NCBI GenBank assembly: GCA_048938105.1
Contig: JBHLMN010000020.1
Coordinates: forward strand, 32,001-96,000
Direction of reading: 5' to 3'
DNA length: 64,000 nt
Origin: Promethearchaeota archaeon
GTDB lineage: Archaea > Asgardarchaeota > Heimdallarchaeia > Hodarchaeales > Hodarchaeaceae
Of the stretch, positions 48,608 through 58,075 are shown one piece after another. Position numbers and translations under genes: made by a program. How positions within the stretch are numbered: position 1 is the stretch's first letter; each line of letters opens with the position of its first letter. The notes under the pieces are model-generated. The model saw nothing but the letters and a program-made list of their open reading frames with translations. It ran no database searches and was not told where the DNA came from.

Positions 48608-49363
48608 TCACATTCCAGGGAAAGGGGGTGGTAATTGTAGATTAACAGGAATAGGATATTTTATGAATCGTTGTGCTCTCATACCTTCAATAATGTTATC
48701 TGCTTCTACTGCTGGGATTGTAAACAACACTTCGTCATCGTTTGTAGCTGCAAAAACACGATCTCCATTTCCAGGAACAACAATCTGACACTCACCTGTG
48801 TTAAACGTTCGTATGATTCCTGCGGTGCAAGATGCCATAATTCCAATCAATTCACTCCTCAGTTTTTCTCCTTCCTTATACATTCTTCCCTGTATCAAAC
48901 GCATAATTTGAGCAGCATTTCCGTATACGAGGATAACATCTGGAATTATTTTTGTGCGGGTCAGAGGAGATATTACTATCCCACCATATTTTCCTGGTTC
49001 TAAGCGATCAGAATTATCCACAATTCTTTTCGCACTTTCTTCATTGGAGGCATATCCAGCCATCTGAAAGAACTGTGCTAAAGAGGCCTCATCGATGGGT
49101 GAAGTCCATCCATAAGTAAGACTAGCTCCTGGACATCCATGATCCTCCTCAGTAATTCCCATAGTCCAACCAAATTTCCGACTCATGGTTAAAGCTTGAC
49201 AGATAGCGATTTTCTGTTCTGGTCTCCTTGTTCTTTCAGGGAATTCAGATTCATCTTTCACTAGTTTTACTGCTAGTGGATAGGTTTGGGGTCGAAGTAT
49301 TTCTTCTAATGATTTTCCAATATTCATCCAATTTTCCATAATTTTCTCTCCAACAGTCTTCAT
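48608..49363 (-). CDS. DUF169 family protein
   Basis: PLAVKL, ICQA, GCPG, PDVILVYGNAAQIMRL, ASC, PGNGDR...DDE. Confidence 0.88.
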   Translation of the reverse strand: MKTVGEKIMENWMNIGKSLEEILRPQTYPLAVKLVKDESEFPERTRRPEQKIAICQALTMSRKFGWTMGITEEDHGCPGASLTYGWTSPIDEASLAQFFQMAGYASNEESAKRIVDNSDRLEPGKYGGIVISPLTRTKIIPDVILVYGNAAQIMRLIQGRMYKEGEKLRSELIGIMASCTAGIIRTFNTGECQIVVPGNGDRVFAATNDDEVLFTIPAVEADNIIEGMRAQRFIKYPIPVNLQLPPPFPGM

Positions 49364-49390
49364 TCTTTTAAAGTTATAGATTTAGTTTTT

Positions 49391-50089
49391 TTACCAGATT
49401 TTTGGTATTAATCGATAACGAACTTTTTGCATATATTCTTTATATCCTTCTAGTTCCTCAATCAATGATTTTTCTTCATAAATTGACCGAATCACTATAA
49501 GGATAATAACTAGTAATGCAGGAGGAAGTGCAAGAAAGGAGCCTAGTGCTATAGGAAAGCAAAGTGTCATTATAATGAACCCTATATACATAGGATGTCG
49601 AACATACGCATATGGCCCCGTATTTATGACTTTTTGACCTTCTTGAACATCTATTGCCTTCGATGCATATACATTTTCCCGCATGACAATGAATATAATG
49701 ATGAAAGTGACAAAAATCCCTCCAAATCCAATGATCTCTAAGGGCAAGGGAACTTTATAATCTGACCATTGAAATAAATCACTTAATGCAGGATTCACAC
49801 TAAAAGCAGTTATTAGGAACATTGAGAAAAAGGCTAATCCTGAAATTACTAAAAAAATTGTGTCGAAGCCTTTTTCAGGTTTGACTTTGCTTCGAGATGC
49901 TAAAATTGTTGGGTCTTTTCTCCAAAAATAAAACACAACTACCATCACATAGAGAAATGTAATAATAAGAAATATCCAAGCTTCCGTCCATTCTAAGGTA
50001 CCAGCTGGTACAAAAAACAAAATCCCATAAATGATGAATCCAACTATTACCTGCACAAGTAGACGTGGAAGAGATATTTGCTGAGACAT
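49391..50089 (-). CDS. Isoprenylcysteine carboxylmethyltransferase/PEMT family membrane methyltransferase
   Basis: EN.YAS, QKVINTGPYAYVRHPMY, EE..L...L.GY.EY..KVRYRLIP. Confidence 0.9.
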   Translation of the reverse strand: MSQQISLPRLLVQVIVGFIIYGILFFVPAGTLEWTEAWIFLIITFLYVMVVVFYFWRKDPTILASRSKVKPEKGFDTIFLVISGLAFFSMFLITAFSVNPALSDLFQWSDYKVPLPLEIIGFGGIFVTFIIIFIVMRENVYASKAIDVQEGQKVINTGPYAYVRHPMYIGFIIMTLCFPIALGSFLALPPALLVIILIVIRSIYEEKSLIEELEGYKEYMQKVRYRLIPKIW

Positions 50090-50182
50090 GAATAACCTTC
50101 CTTAATTTGTTTTTTCTATCTTAAATACTATTTTTGATAAATGGTTTGTGAACATATCTTCTTGAAATTTTCTTTAATTGTG

Positions 50183-52459
50183 TTATCTTCTCTGTAAAAA
50201 TATTACAAATAGGAGGACAATACCTATTCCTAATAAAAGAAGGATTCCAAATAAAACATTGGAATCAACAGTGGTATCAGGATCAGTGAGAGTAAGATCG
50301 ATGTCAATACTAACAACAAATGAATCCGCAAAACCGTTGTAAGTAGTATCATAAGAACTTGTTATAGGAAAATTTTCAGAATGAGTAATACCTGTTAAGT
50401 AGACCTTGCTTCTATCAGAATCTAAAGCTATAGATGTGCCTTGATCGAGCTCAGTTCCACCGAAATAGGTCGAATACAAAATAGAGGAACCGTTTACGGA
50501 TATTTTAATAAGAAATGCGTCACTTTCACCATTGAATGTCGAATCATAAGCATTTACAACAAAATAATCTTCTGAACTAGTTTCACCAGTTAATAAGATA
50601 TTATTTAAATTATCTAGTACAATGTCATAACCATAATCATCATTATTTCCCCCAATAAAGGTGGAGTATTGGAGAGAGCCATTTGTAGATAATTTAACAA
50701 GGAAGATATCCCATTCACCAGTAAGTGAGGAATCATACGCATTCAAGGTGGGAAAATCATTTGAATTAGTAGATCCTGTAATGTAGATGCCGTTTGAACC
50801 ATCCAAAACAATCTCGTTGCTAAAATCATCTAATCTTCCCCCAATAAAAGTCGACCATAAAAGTAACGAACCATTACTAGCAAATTTAACAAAGAAAGTA
50901 TCCCATCCCCCATTAAGCGATGAATCGTAAGCATTTACTGTTGGAAAATCCCTAGACCAAGTAGTACCAGTGATGTAGATGTTATCTGCATGATCCAGCG
51001 CGATATCCATATGTTTTACCATAAATTCGAGTGTTTCATCTCGGGAACCACCGATATATGTTGAGTACAGGAGTGAGGAGCCATTGGCAGATAGCTTGAC
51101 GATAAACGCATCACTACCACCATTTCGGGTTGGATCGTAAGCATTAACTACAGGAAAATCTAATGAGTTTGTATTCCCAATAATGTATGTATTATTTGAA
51201 CTGTCTAAAGCAAGAGAATCACCTGAATCAAAAGCACTTCCCCCAATGAAGGTAGAATAAAGGAGGGATCCGTTAGTAGATAATTTGAGGAGGAAGGCGT
51301 CTGAAAAACCTCCATGTGAAGAATCATAAGAATATAACATTGGAAAGTCCGCTGATCTGGTTGCTCCCGTGATATAAATATTATCGCCATTTAGCACAAT
51401 AGAATTTCCTGTATCGAAATCAATTCCGCCAATAAATGTGGTATATAGAAAAGAACCGTTTGATGATAATTTAGTTACAAATACATCTCTATTACCTATA
51501 TGTGTAGGACTAGATACATTTTGTGAAGGAAAATCAAGTGATTTTGTCCATCCAGTGATATAGATATTATTAAAACTATCCAGTGCTATATCATTAGCTA
51601 TATCATCTAAGCTGCCACCAATGTAGGTTGAATAGGTTAATATAAGTGGATCGATAATGATTGGCCTTGAATAATCATATGAAGGAGCAAATGAAAACTG
51701 AATTACTGTTGAGGGAGAAGGAAAATGAGAGGAAGTTAGAGATTGAAGAGGAGAACCTATAGAACAATAACTGTAGATGAATGAACTATCGATTTTTTGA
51801 CCGTTATCAGCATACCAAACATCCAACTTCTCATCAATGAATGAGTAATTAGATATGATGACCTCCACTTTAGCAGGATCCACTTGTACTTCATCGACAC
51901 CTAAATATACCATTTTGATCTGTTTAATATCGGTATAAGGGTCAACAAGAAATTCGTATTTCATCCCTTTGGAATTAATTCTGTACCTGAGACTGATCCC
52001 ATCGTATAAATTCTTATACACCACTTGTGAGAAGTGATTAACCTTATTAAAAACCTGTTCTCCGATGAAATAATTACTGAATCCTTGAAGTTCTTCAATC
52101 CCTGTCGGTTCCACTGAGTTCGCATCAATGAATGTTAATCCAAAAGAGGAGTCACCTACAAAAAAATAGACTTTAGAACATCCAAAACCCACCATTCCTT
52201 GAGGAATCACAGAGTAATATGAAAGATAATTAGGGACTTGTCCGTCATTCTCACGAAACACTGAATTTATTAAGTCTGTCGAATGATCTTCAACAAAAGC
52301 GGAGTTTCTCAACTTTTCAAGACTAAATGTGTTTGAAGATGTATTCATAGGAAGGGTACATTTGATTAACGATGTGAAATTGATGAAAGAGATTAATAGG
52401 ATGATCAAAAGAATAACTAGAAATGGGAGGAATGACCTTTTAATTCTTTGAGCCTCCAA
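50183..52459 (-). CDS. SBBP beta-propeller repeat surface protein
   Basis: FRENDGQ, KYEFLVDP, IIDPL, then about 7 YSTYIGG..D....IALD..NIYITG.T.S.DFP repeats; C-terminal TM plus RR. Confidence 0.9.
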   Translation of the reverse strand: MEAQRIKRSFLPFLVILLIILLISFINFTSLIKCTLPMNTSSNTFSLEKLRNSAFVEDHSTDLINSVFRENDGQVPNYLSYYSVIPQGMVGFGCSKVYFFVGDSSFGLTFIDANSVEPTGIEELQGFSNYFIGEQVFNKVNHFSQVVYKNLYDGISLRYRINSKGMKYEFLVDPYTDIKQIKMVYLGVDEVQVDPAKVEVIISNYSFIDEKLDVWYADNGQKIDSSFIYSYCSIGSPLQSLTSSHFPSPSTVIQFSFAPSYDYSRPIIIDPLILTYSTYIGGSLDDIANDIALDSFNNIYITGWTKSLDFPSQNVSSPTHIGNRDVFVTKLSSNGSFLYTTFIGGIDFDTGNSIVLNGDNIYITGATRSADFPMLYSYDSSHGGFSDAFLLKLSTNGSLLYSTFIGGSAFDSGDSLALDSSNNTYIIGNTNSLDFPVVNAYDPTRNGGSDAFIVKLSANGSSLLYSTYIGGSRDETLEFMVKHMDIALDHADNIYITGTTWSRDFPTVNAYDSSLNGGWDTFFVKFASNGSLLLWSTFIGGRLDDFSNEIVLDGSNGIYITGSTNSNDFPTLNAYDSSLTGEWDIFLVKLSTNGSLQYSTFIGGNNDDYGYDIVLDNLNNILLTGETSSEDYFVVNAYDSTFNGESDAFLIKISVNGSSILYSTYFGGTELDQGTSIALDSDRSKVYLTGITHSENFPITSSYDTTYNGFADSFVVSIDIDLTLTDPDTTVDSNVLFGILLLLGIGIVLLFVIFLQRR

Positions 52460-52619
52460 TACCTGTTAAAAGCCTAAACACAATATTAAAAGGTTTCTAA
52501 GTCGATCTAATAAAACTTAAATATTATTTCTAGCACTTTTTTTTGAAATCATTAAATACTTGATCCTTAAATATTAATTCTTAAATCAACACTTGTCAAA
52601 AAATATGGAACAATAAAAG

Positions 52620-52799
52620 ATGAATCAAAACAAGGGCCCCAATTTATGTGAATTGTGTGAAAAACGTAGGCCCATTAATATCTGTTCATTTTGCAAAGGA
52701 AATTTCTGTGAGAAATGTATTGTAGAAACGAGTAGTGGTGAATATTTCTGTAAAGCTTGTCAGCTTTCTGCAGTAAAAAGTGACCAAGCTTGTGATTAG
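52620..52799 (+). CDS. 59-aa four-CxxC zinc-finger protein (B-box-like), missed by ORF track
   Basis: Manual translation MNQNKGPNLCELCEKRRPINICSFCKGNFCEKCIVETSSGEYFCKACQLSAVKSDQACD*. Confidence 0.8.
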   Translation: MNQNKGPNLCELCEKRRPINICSFCKGNFCEKCIVETSSGEYFCKACQLSAVKSDQACD

Positions 52800-52907
52800 T
52801 CAGTGTAAATTCCGAGGAGAAGTACTTCAAATCATTAAAGGAAATTGTCTTGCCAGTACTTGAATCTTTGATGTAAAATGGACCAAGTCTTTGAACACTC
52901 TTATACA

Positions 52908-53768
52908 TTATACGTAAGTAAACTCTCGCTTTTGGAAGAATGGATTATCAAAGATAATTATTGTTAGAGCTATAACAGCGGCTGCAATTATAGCCATACC
53001 TAAAAATTCTTGAATTAAATTTGAAGTGAGTCCACCAGTCTCAATAACTTTATTCATGATCCTTCCACCATCTAGATAATGGTAAAAGGAAGCTTCTCGA
53101 AGTAGATTGGATAAATCTGGATCTGAGGCTGTAACTAATCCTCCTACAGTTTTAAGAAGGTAAGATCCTCCAACAAATAAACCTCCAAAAGCTAGAGTTT
53201 TTCCTGTATCCATAAAGATGACTGAGATTAAAATGACGACACAAGTCATGGTAAAGTAAAGAAGCCATTTTCCTATAAGAGCTAAGAAGAACGCTTCAGC
53301 TCCATAAGGTTGAAGTTCAACTCCTACAATTGCTGCCCCTACAATAGCTATACCAGCAGAAAGTACAGGGAACGAAAATGTAACAGTAATGAAAGCAAAG
53401 ACCTTTTCCAAGATAAAACGCCATCTAGGGACTGGGAAACTTAACATAAAGTCCATTGTTCCACTATCTACCTCTTGGTTGACTATTTGAATTCCAAAAA
53501 GCAAAATGAGTGCCATAAAAAAGATATCAGACACGGTAAAGATTTCCATTGCTAAAAATCCTTCAACCGATGTAAGATCAGCTCCCTCTGGGAGTAAAGC
53601 TTTATAAAAGGGTTGATCTAGTAGATCTCCAAAACCTGCTACATACTCTTCAAAAGATGGCCAAAGGACTACCATCAATAATGTTAAACCCGTTAAGGCA
53701 AGTATAGGTAAAAACCAAATGAGCCAATTTTTACGTATTTGTTTAATGTAAATTGATAACATATTCAT
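52908..53768 (-). CDS. ABC-2 type transporter permease (paralog of 44582-45439)
   Basis: EVDSGTMDFMLSFPVPRWRF, SFYHY, FQKREF. Confidence 0.9.
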   Translation of the reverse strand: MNMLSIYIKQIRKNWLIWFLPILALTGLTLLMVVLWPSFEEYVAGFGDLLDQPFYKALLPEGADLTSVEGFLAMEIFTVSDIFFMALILLFGIQIVNQEVDSGTMDFMLSFPVPRWRFILEKVFAFITVTFSFPVLSAGIAIVGAAIVGVELQPYGAEAFFLALIGKWLLYFTMTCVVILISVIFMDTGKTLAFGGLFVGGSYLLKTVGGLVTASDPDLSNLLREASFYHYLDGGRIMNKVIETGGLTSNLIQEFLGMAIIAAAVIALTIIIFDNPFFQKREFTYV

Positions 53769-54724
53769 TCCTCCTCTGCTAAATCAAATTCATCTTTATA
53801 ATAAGTAAGGAAGATTTCTTCTAAACTACTATCTTCTAAAGTCATCCTCTTAACACGCCGAGTAGTGACAAATTTAAGAAGATTGTTTACGTCCTTTTTC
53901 ACTCTTATGAGAAAATTCCCATCCTTCTTTTCAACACTAGTTACATGTGGAATAGCCTGGAATTCTGATATTTCTGGAACGTCCCCCTCAGCGAACTCAA
54001 CGTTCATTGTTTGTATAGCTTTTTTCCGAAGTTCTTTGACAGTTTCAACAACAACAATTTTTCCTTTCCTGATAATACCAACACGGTCACAGATAGCTTG
54101 TACCTCTGCTAGATTGTGACTTGATAGAAAGATTGTTTTACCATTATCTCTCATCTCACGGAGTAAACCATGAAACCTGTTGGTCATTAAGGGGTCCAGA
54201 CCACTAGATGGTTCATCAAGAATGAGAAGGTCAGGATTAGAAGAAAGAGCAACAATAATCACTACTTGCTGACGATTACCAGAAGATAAGTTTCTGAATC
54301 TCTGAGTGAGGTCTACTTTGAAAACAGATTTTAATTTTTTAAGGAATTTTTTATCAACAAGGCGAAACTTACCAAAATAGTTAATTAATTCATTTCCTGT
54401 GAAATTTCCATAAAGATCTACTTCACTAAGAACGTGACCAATATTTTTTTTAATTTTCACACCATCTTTGCGATAATCTAAACCATTAATCTTTATTGTT
54501 CCGGACTTGATGGTTAAATAACCAAGAATGGAACGGATGGTGGTAGTCTTCCCCGCGCCATTTGGTCCAAGAAACCCAAAGATTTCTCCCTTTTTAACGG
54601 AGAAATTTGCATTATCTACCGCAACGATACTGCGTCCAACTTTACGCGAACCCAGTTGAAACTCCCTTCCGTATATCTTTGTCAAGTTCTGAACTTGTAG
54701 GACAGTTTCAGCGGTTGTAGCCAT
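53765..54724 (-). CDS. ABC-2 type transporter ATP-binding protein (paralog of 43631-44572)
   Basis: GPNGAGKT, LSSGNRQ, ILDEPSSGLDP, SSH. Confidence 0.95.
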   Translation of the reverse strand: MATTAETVLQVQNLTKIYGREFQLGSRKVGRSIVAVDNANFSVKKGEIFGFLGPNGAGKTTTIRSILGYLTIKSGTIKINGLDYRKDGVKIKKNIGHVLSEVDLYGNFTGNELINYFGKFRLVDKKFLKKLKSVFKVDLTQRFRNLSSGNRQQVVIIVALSSNPDLLILDEPSSGLDPLMTNRFHGLLREMRDNGKTIFLSSHNLAEVQAICDRVGIIRKGKIVVVETVKELRKKAIQTMNVEFAEGDVPEISEFQAIPHVTSVEKKDGNFLIRVKKDVNNLLKFVTTRRVKRMTLEDSSLEEIFLTYYKDEFDLAEEE

Positions 54725-54784
54725 AATTAATCACATCTCTGTCGTGTATTCCCAGAATAAAAAACATGTTTTGTAAGTTGTTTT

Positions 54785-54802
54785 CTTGCATAGTTTGAAC
54801 AA
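54785..54802. promoter_or_regulatory. Operator candidate TTG-N11-CAA upstream of ABC operon
   Basis: CTTGCATAGTTTGAACAA, 15/18 identical to 57415-57432. Confidence 0.5.
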
Positions 54803-54931
54803 ATTGTGAAAAGTATTTAAGTTTTTGCAATTTAACCTTCAGAATGAAATTGAAGCTAGATTAAAATTGGTTAAATCAAGCCATTATTTTGTCTTCTATG
54901 TGTAAATCAACGATTTGAAAGTAATAATTGT

Positions 54932-55915
54932 TTACATAATTGCTGTTATTGCAATTAAATATCCAACCAACGACCCTACCAATGGAATGAGTGCGGAGAT
55001 GCGAACTATTTGAGGGATGGGGTACGAGTGCATTGACACAAGTCGCGTTAAGTTATTTTGATGCCTAATAATTGTTGTTTCATCACTCTTCTTAAGAATT
55101 AGTAGATGTATTACTTCTTGCTGATTAGATATCATTTTACTAAGGATTAAGTCATATTTTTTCCAACTTCGATAAATGGCAAGCCCACTCTGTGAAAAAC
55201 CAAAAAATATCAACACTAAAAGAAAACTGTTCAGAACAACAGTTAACAAATCAAATTGCATTAATGCAAAAAATAATGATATCGACGATGTCACAAGAAA
55301 AGGGAGGAGAAAAGAGAGCAATAGAAATTCGAATAATAATGGAGGAAACTCACTGAAGATAAAGGGATAAATCCATTCGATATTAAAATCAATTGAAACT
55401 TTAGTCAGTTGGAATCTTTTTTTTCCATTATCTTCATTGTAAGCGATAAATTCATTAAGTAAATCAACATTGTCCAATCTCCTGAAAAGAGACAGCATTT
55501 GTTCATGGTAATTAGACCAATTAGATTGACTGAAAAACGATTTGTATAGGATTGCTATTATAGAGAAAGAAATACCCAAGAAAGCAGCAATTCCAACAGC
55601 GATCAATAGACCAGCAGATATTTCAGAAGGAATGTTCTGTAATGGATTTATATAAATTCCTAAAAAGAAGTCGCTGATATTACTAATTGTGAATAATGCC
55701 GAACCTATCCCAAGGAATCCTAAAATAAGAGCAATAACCAGAGCGAGGATTTTTTGACGTTTAGGTCGATTCTGATCAAACATTTTCTTTTCTTTTTGTA
55801 AATAATCGACAAAGTTCTCAGATTTCTTATCATAAGGAATCTCTTTCCTTATCTTCCAACTAAGTGCTTCTTCCAAAACAATATTTTTCTCTAACTGGTT
55901 CATTGCTATCGCCAT
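54932..55915 (-). CDS. Hypothetical membrane protein
   Basis: About 5 TM helices with soluble linkers. Confidence 0.7.
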   Translation of the reverse strand: MAIAMNQLEKNIVLEEALSWKIRKEIPYDKKSENFVDYLQKEKKMFDQNRPKRQKILALVIALILGFLGIGSALFTISNISDFFLGIYINPLQNIPSEISAGLLIAVGIAAFLGISFSIIAILYKSFFSQSNWSNYHEQMLSLFRRLDNVDLLNEFIAYNEDNGKKRFQLTKVSIDFNIEWIYPFIFSEFPPLLFEFLLLSFLLPFLVTSSISLFFALMQFDLLTVVLNSFLLVLIFFGFSQSGLAIYRSWKKYDLILSKMISNQQEVIHLLILKKSDETTIIRHQNNLTRLVSMHSYPIPQIVRISALIPLVGSLVGYLIAITAIM

Positions 55916-56156
55916 TTTTCTAAAAGCTCTATATCCTTAGAAAGAAGTTGCATCCAAAGGCACTCTTAAATAATTTTCTTCTCTTTTACGAACAAATATT
56001 CCGCAATGAATGATATAATAAAAGCCTGCCTTAAGATTCAATACAAGGTTAAGTAAAGATGATTACTGCATCAAATACAACACATTCAATACATGATGGC
56101 TATTATTGGAATACATTTCAACAGATCTCTCATCTTAACAAATTCATATAATAAAA

Positions 56157-57404
56157 ATGGAAGGAATCAAGATGATGAAACTTCTCAAAACGAGAATTAT
56201 TGCTATCTTATTAATACTTCCTTTTCTACTACCTCTAAATTTCCAATGTTCTTCCAAGATTATGGAACTTCCGCATAATAGCCAAGAACCTGATTATTGG
56301 CCTACTAAAATGTGGAGATCCTCATCTCCTAAAGAACAAAATGTGAATTCTGAAAAATTACAAGAAATGTATGAGTACATTAATTCTACTCCTCTGGGGA
56401 CTGCGGGGATGCGTTCAATTCTTATTATCCGGAATGGATACATCATCTATGAGAACTATTTCAATAATGATTACAATGAGAATAGAAGTTACAATATTTA
56501 CTCGTGCACTAAAAGCATTACTTCAGCACTCATTGGAATTACAATCGAAGAGGAGTTTATTGGAAGCGTTGAAGATAGGGTTCTAGATTATTTCCCCAAT
56601 CAAGTATTTAAAAATCTTGATGCTCGCAAAAAAAATATGACTCTTGAAGATCTTCTTACAATGACATCAGGACTAAGTTGGGATGAAAAAAACTACAATG
56701 ATCCAGACAATGATTTCATCCTAATGTGCGGAGCTTCGGATGCTGTCCAATATGTTCTGGATAAACCAATGGTTGTTGATCCAGGGACAACTTGGGTATA
56801 TAATGGAGGTTGTTCCCATCTTCTTTCTACTATCATTAATAAGACAACTAGTATTGGAACACAAAAATATGCTCAAATCCGCCTGTTTGATCCCCTTGGT
56901 ATCGATGCTCCCTCTTGGACTGAAGATCAGAAAAATATTCCGAATGGTGCCGCTCATTTAAGATTGACAGCGCGTCAGATGGCCAAGTTTGGTTTTTTAT
57001 ACCTCAATAATGGAACCTGGGAAGGGAAGCAGATTGTTCCAGCTGACTGGGTTACTCGTTCGACTCAAGTAGCAACTTCTCTTCAAAATGAAGTATTAGG
57101 CTATGGTTATCAGTGGTGGATTTCGCCTTATCGCAATTCTTATAGTGCTCGGGGATACTTAGGACAATACATCCTTGTTATGCCTGATTATAACCTTATT
57201 ATTGTATTTACCGCCAGATCGAATACTGTAGGGTATGATACTTTAATCAATGAGTACATAATCCCTGCTCTAGGATTTACATCTCCCGCTCTTCTTTCAG
57301 ATCATTCGAAGAATGAGATTGTTTCATTTATTGATCTATCAATCTTTTTCATTCTTATCTTAGGCTTTTCTATTACAATCATGCTTTTCCATAAGAAATT
57401 GTAA
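56157..57404 (+). CDS. Serine hydrolase, class C beta-lactamase/NylB-like, secreted and C-terminally anchored
   Basis: SCTK (SxxK), LLTMTSGL, YNG, LFDPLGI, YGYQWW, ARGYLGQ; signal peptide and C-terminal TM. Confidence 0.9.
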   Translation: MEGIKMMKLLKTRIIAILLILPFLLPLNFQCSSKIMELPHNSQEPDYWPTKMWRSSSPKEQNVNSEKLQEMYEYINSTPLGTAGMRSILIIRNGYIIYENYFNNDYNENRSYNIYSCTKSITSALIGITIEEEFIGSVEDRVLDYFPNQVFKNLDARKKNMTLEDLLTMTSGLSWDEKNYNDPDNDFILMCGASDAVQYVLDKPMVVDPGTTWVYNGGCSHLLSTIINKTTSIGTQKYAQIRLFDPLGIDAPSWTEDQKNIPNGAAHLRLTARQMAKFGFLYLNNGTWEGKQIVPADWVTRSTQVATSLQNEVLGYGYQWWISPYRNSYSARGYLGQYILVMPDYNLIIVFTARSNTVGYDTLINEYIIPALGFTSPALLSDHSKNEIVSFIDLSIFFILILGFSITIMLFHKKL

Positions 57405-57412
57405 TACATTCA

Positions 57413-57435
57413 AACTTGCATTACTTGAACAAGTT
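57413..57435. promoter_or_regulatory. Operator candidate AACTTG-N11-CAAGTT
   Basis: 6-bp perfect inverted repeat just upstream of a BRE/TATA-like GGAAGGTTTAAAAA before the regulator gene. Confidence 0.55.
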
Positions 57436-57480
57436 ACGGAAGGTTTAAAAACCCACCACCACCAACCTTAGATAAAATAA

Positions 57481-58059
57481 TTGTCAGGTCGATTTATTAT
57501 GGCCGAATCTACTGATGATGACCAAAGTCAAGATATTTTGAAGTTAGAGGAGGAAATTTCTAATTTTTTCGAAGATTTCATGTATGATGAACGTGGTGGA
57601 TCCCCTCTTCTCGGACGTATTTATGCTTTATGTGTTTTATCTTCCCCTGAGAAACCTTTACTTCAAAAGGATCTTGTCGACAAATTTAAAGTGAACCCCT
57701 CTACAATTAGTCGGAATTTAAAAGAGCTTGAAAGCTGGAATCTAATTGCTCGAAGGCGTGAACCAGGAAGCCGTGAATGGAAGTATCAGGTTGAACCCAC
57801 CTCTTTCCGTGAACTTCTAATACAAACATATGATGACAATGCAAATACTTTACAAGAAAAAGCTGCTGAACTCAACAGAATCCGTGAACATTGGGGTATA
57901 TCACTTTCTAAGCAATCAAAAATAACAAAAAAAGGAGAACATACTCTTAATGTTCTGGATATTTTGATTGAATGGATTAGTATTGTAGAGAGAGAACTTG
58001 GATCTTTCATTGGTAATTTGCAGGAGCTCTTTTTAGAATTAGAAAAACGTCTCACATGA
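57481..58059 (+). CDS. GbsR/MarR family transcriptional regulator
   Basis: LLGRIYAL, LLQKDL......STISRNLKELE, EPGSREWKY. Confidence 0.88.
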   Translation: MSGRFIMAESTDDDQSQDILKLEEEISNFFEDFMYDERGGSPLLGRIYALCVLSSPEKPLLQKDLVDKFKVNPSTISRNLKELESWNLIARRREPGSREWKYQVEPTSFRELLIQTYDDNANTLQEKAAELNRIREHWGISLSKQSKITKKGEHTLNVLDILIEWISIVERELGSFIGNLQELFLELEKRLT

Positions 58060-58075
58060 ACTAAATCCGTTAGAT

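Noticed and set aside
49391-50089. Eukaryote-like CAAX processing of the nearby GTPase-like proteins
   Set aside because: This methyltransferase family is widespread in prokaryotes and neither GTPase-like protein ends in CAAX, CC or CxC
52675-52908. 77-aa minus-strand ORF after the ABC permease
   Set aside because: No motifs, and it overlaps the more convincing four-CxxC ORF on the plus strand
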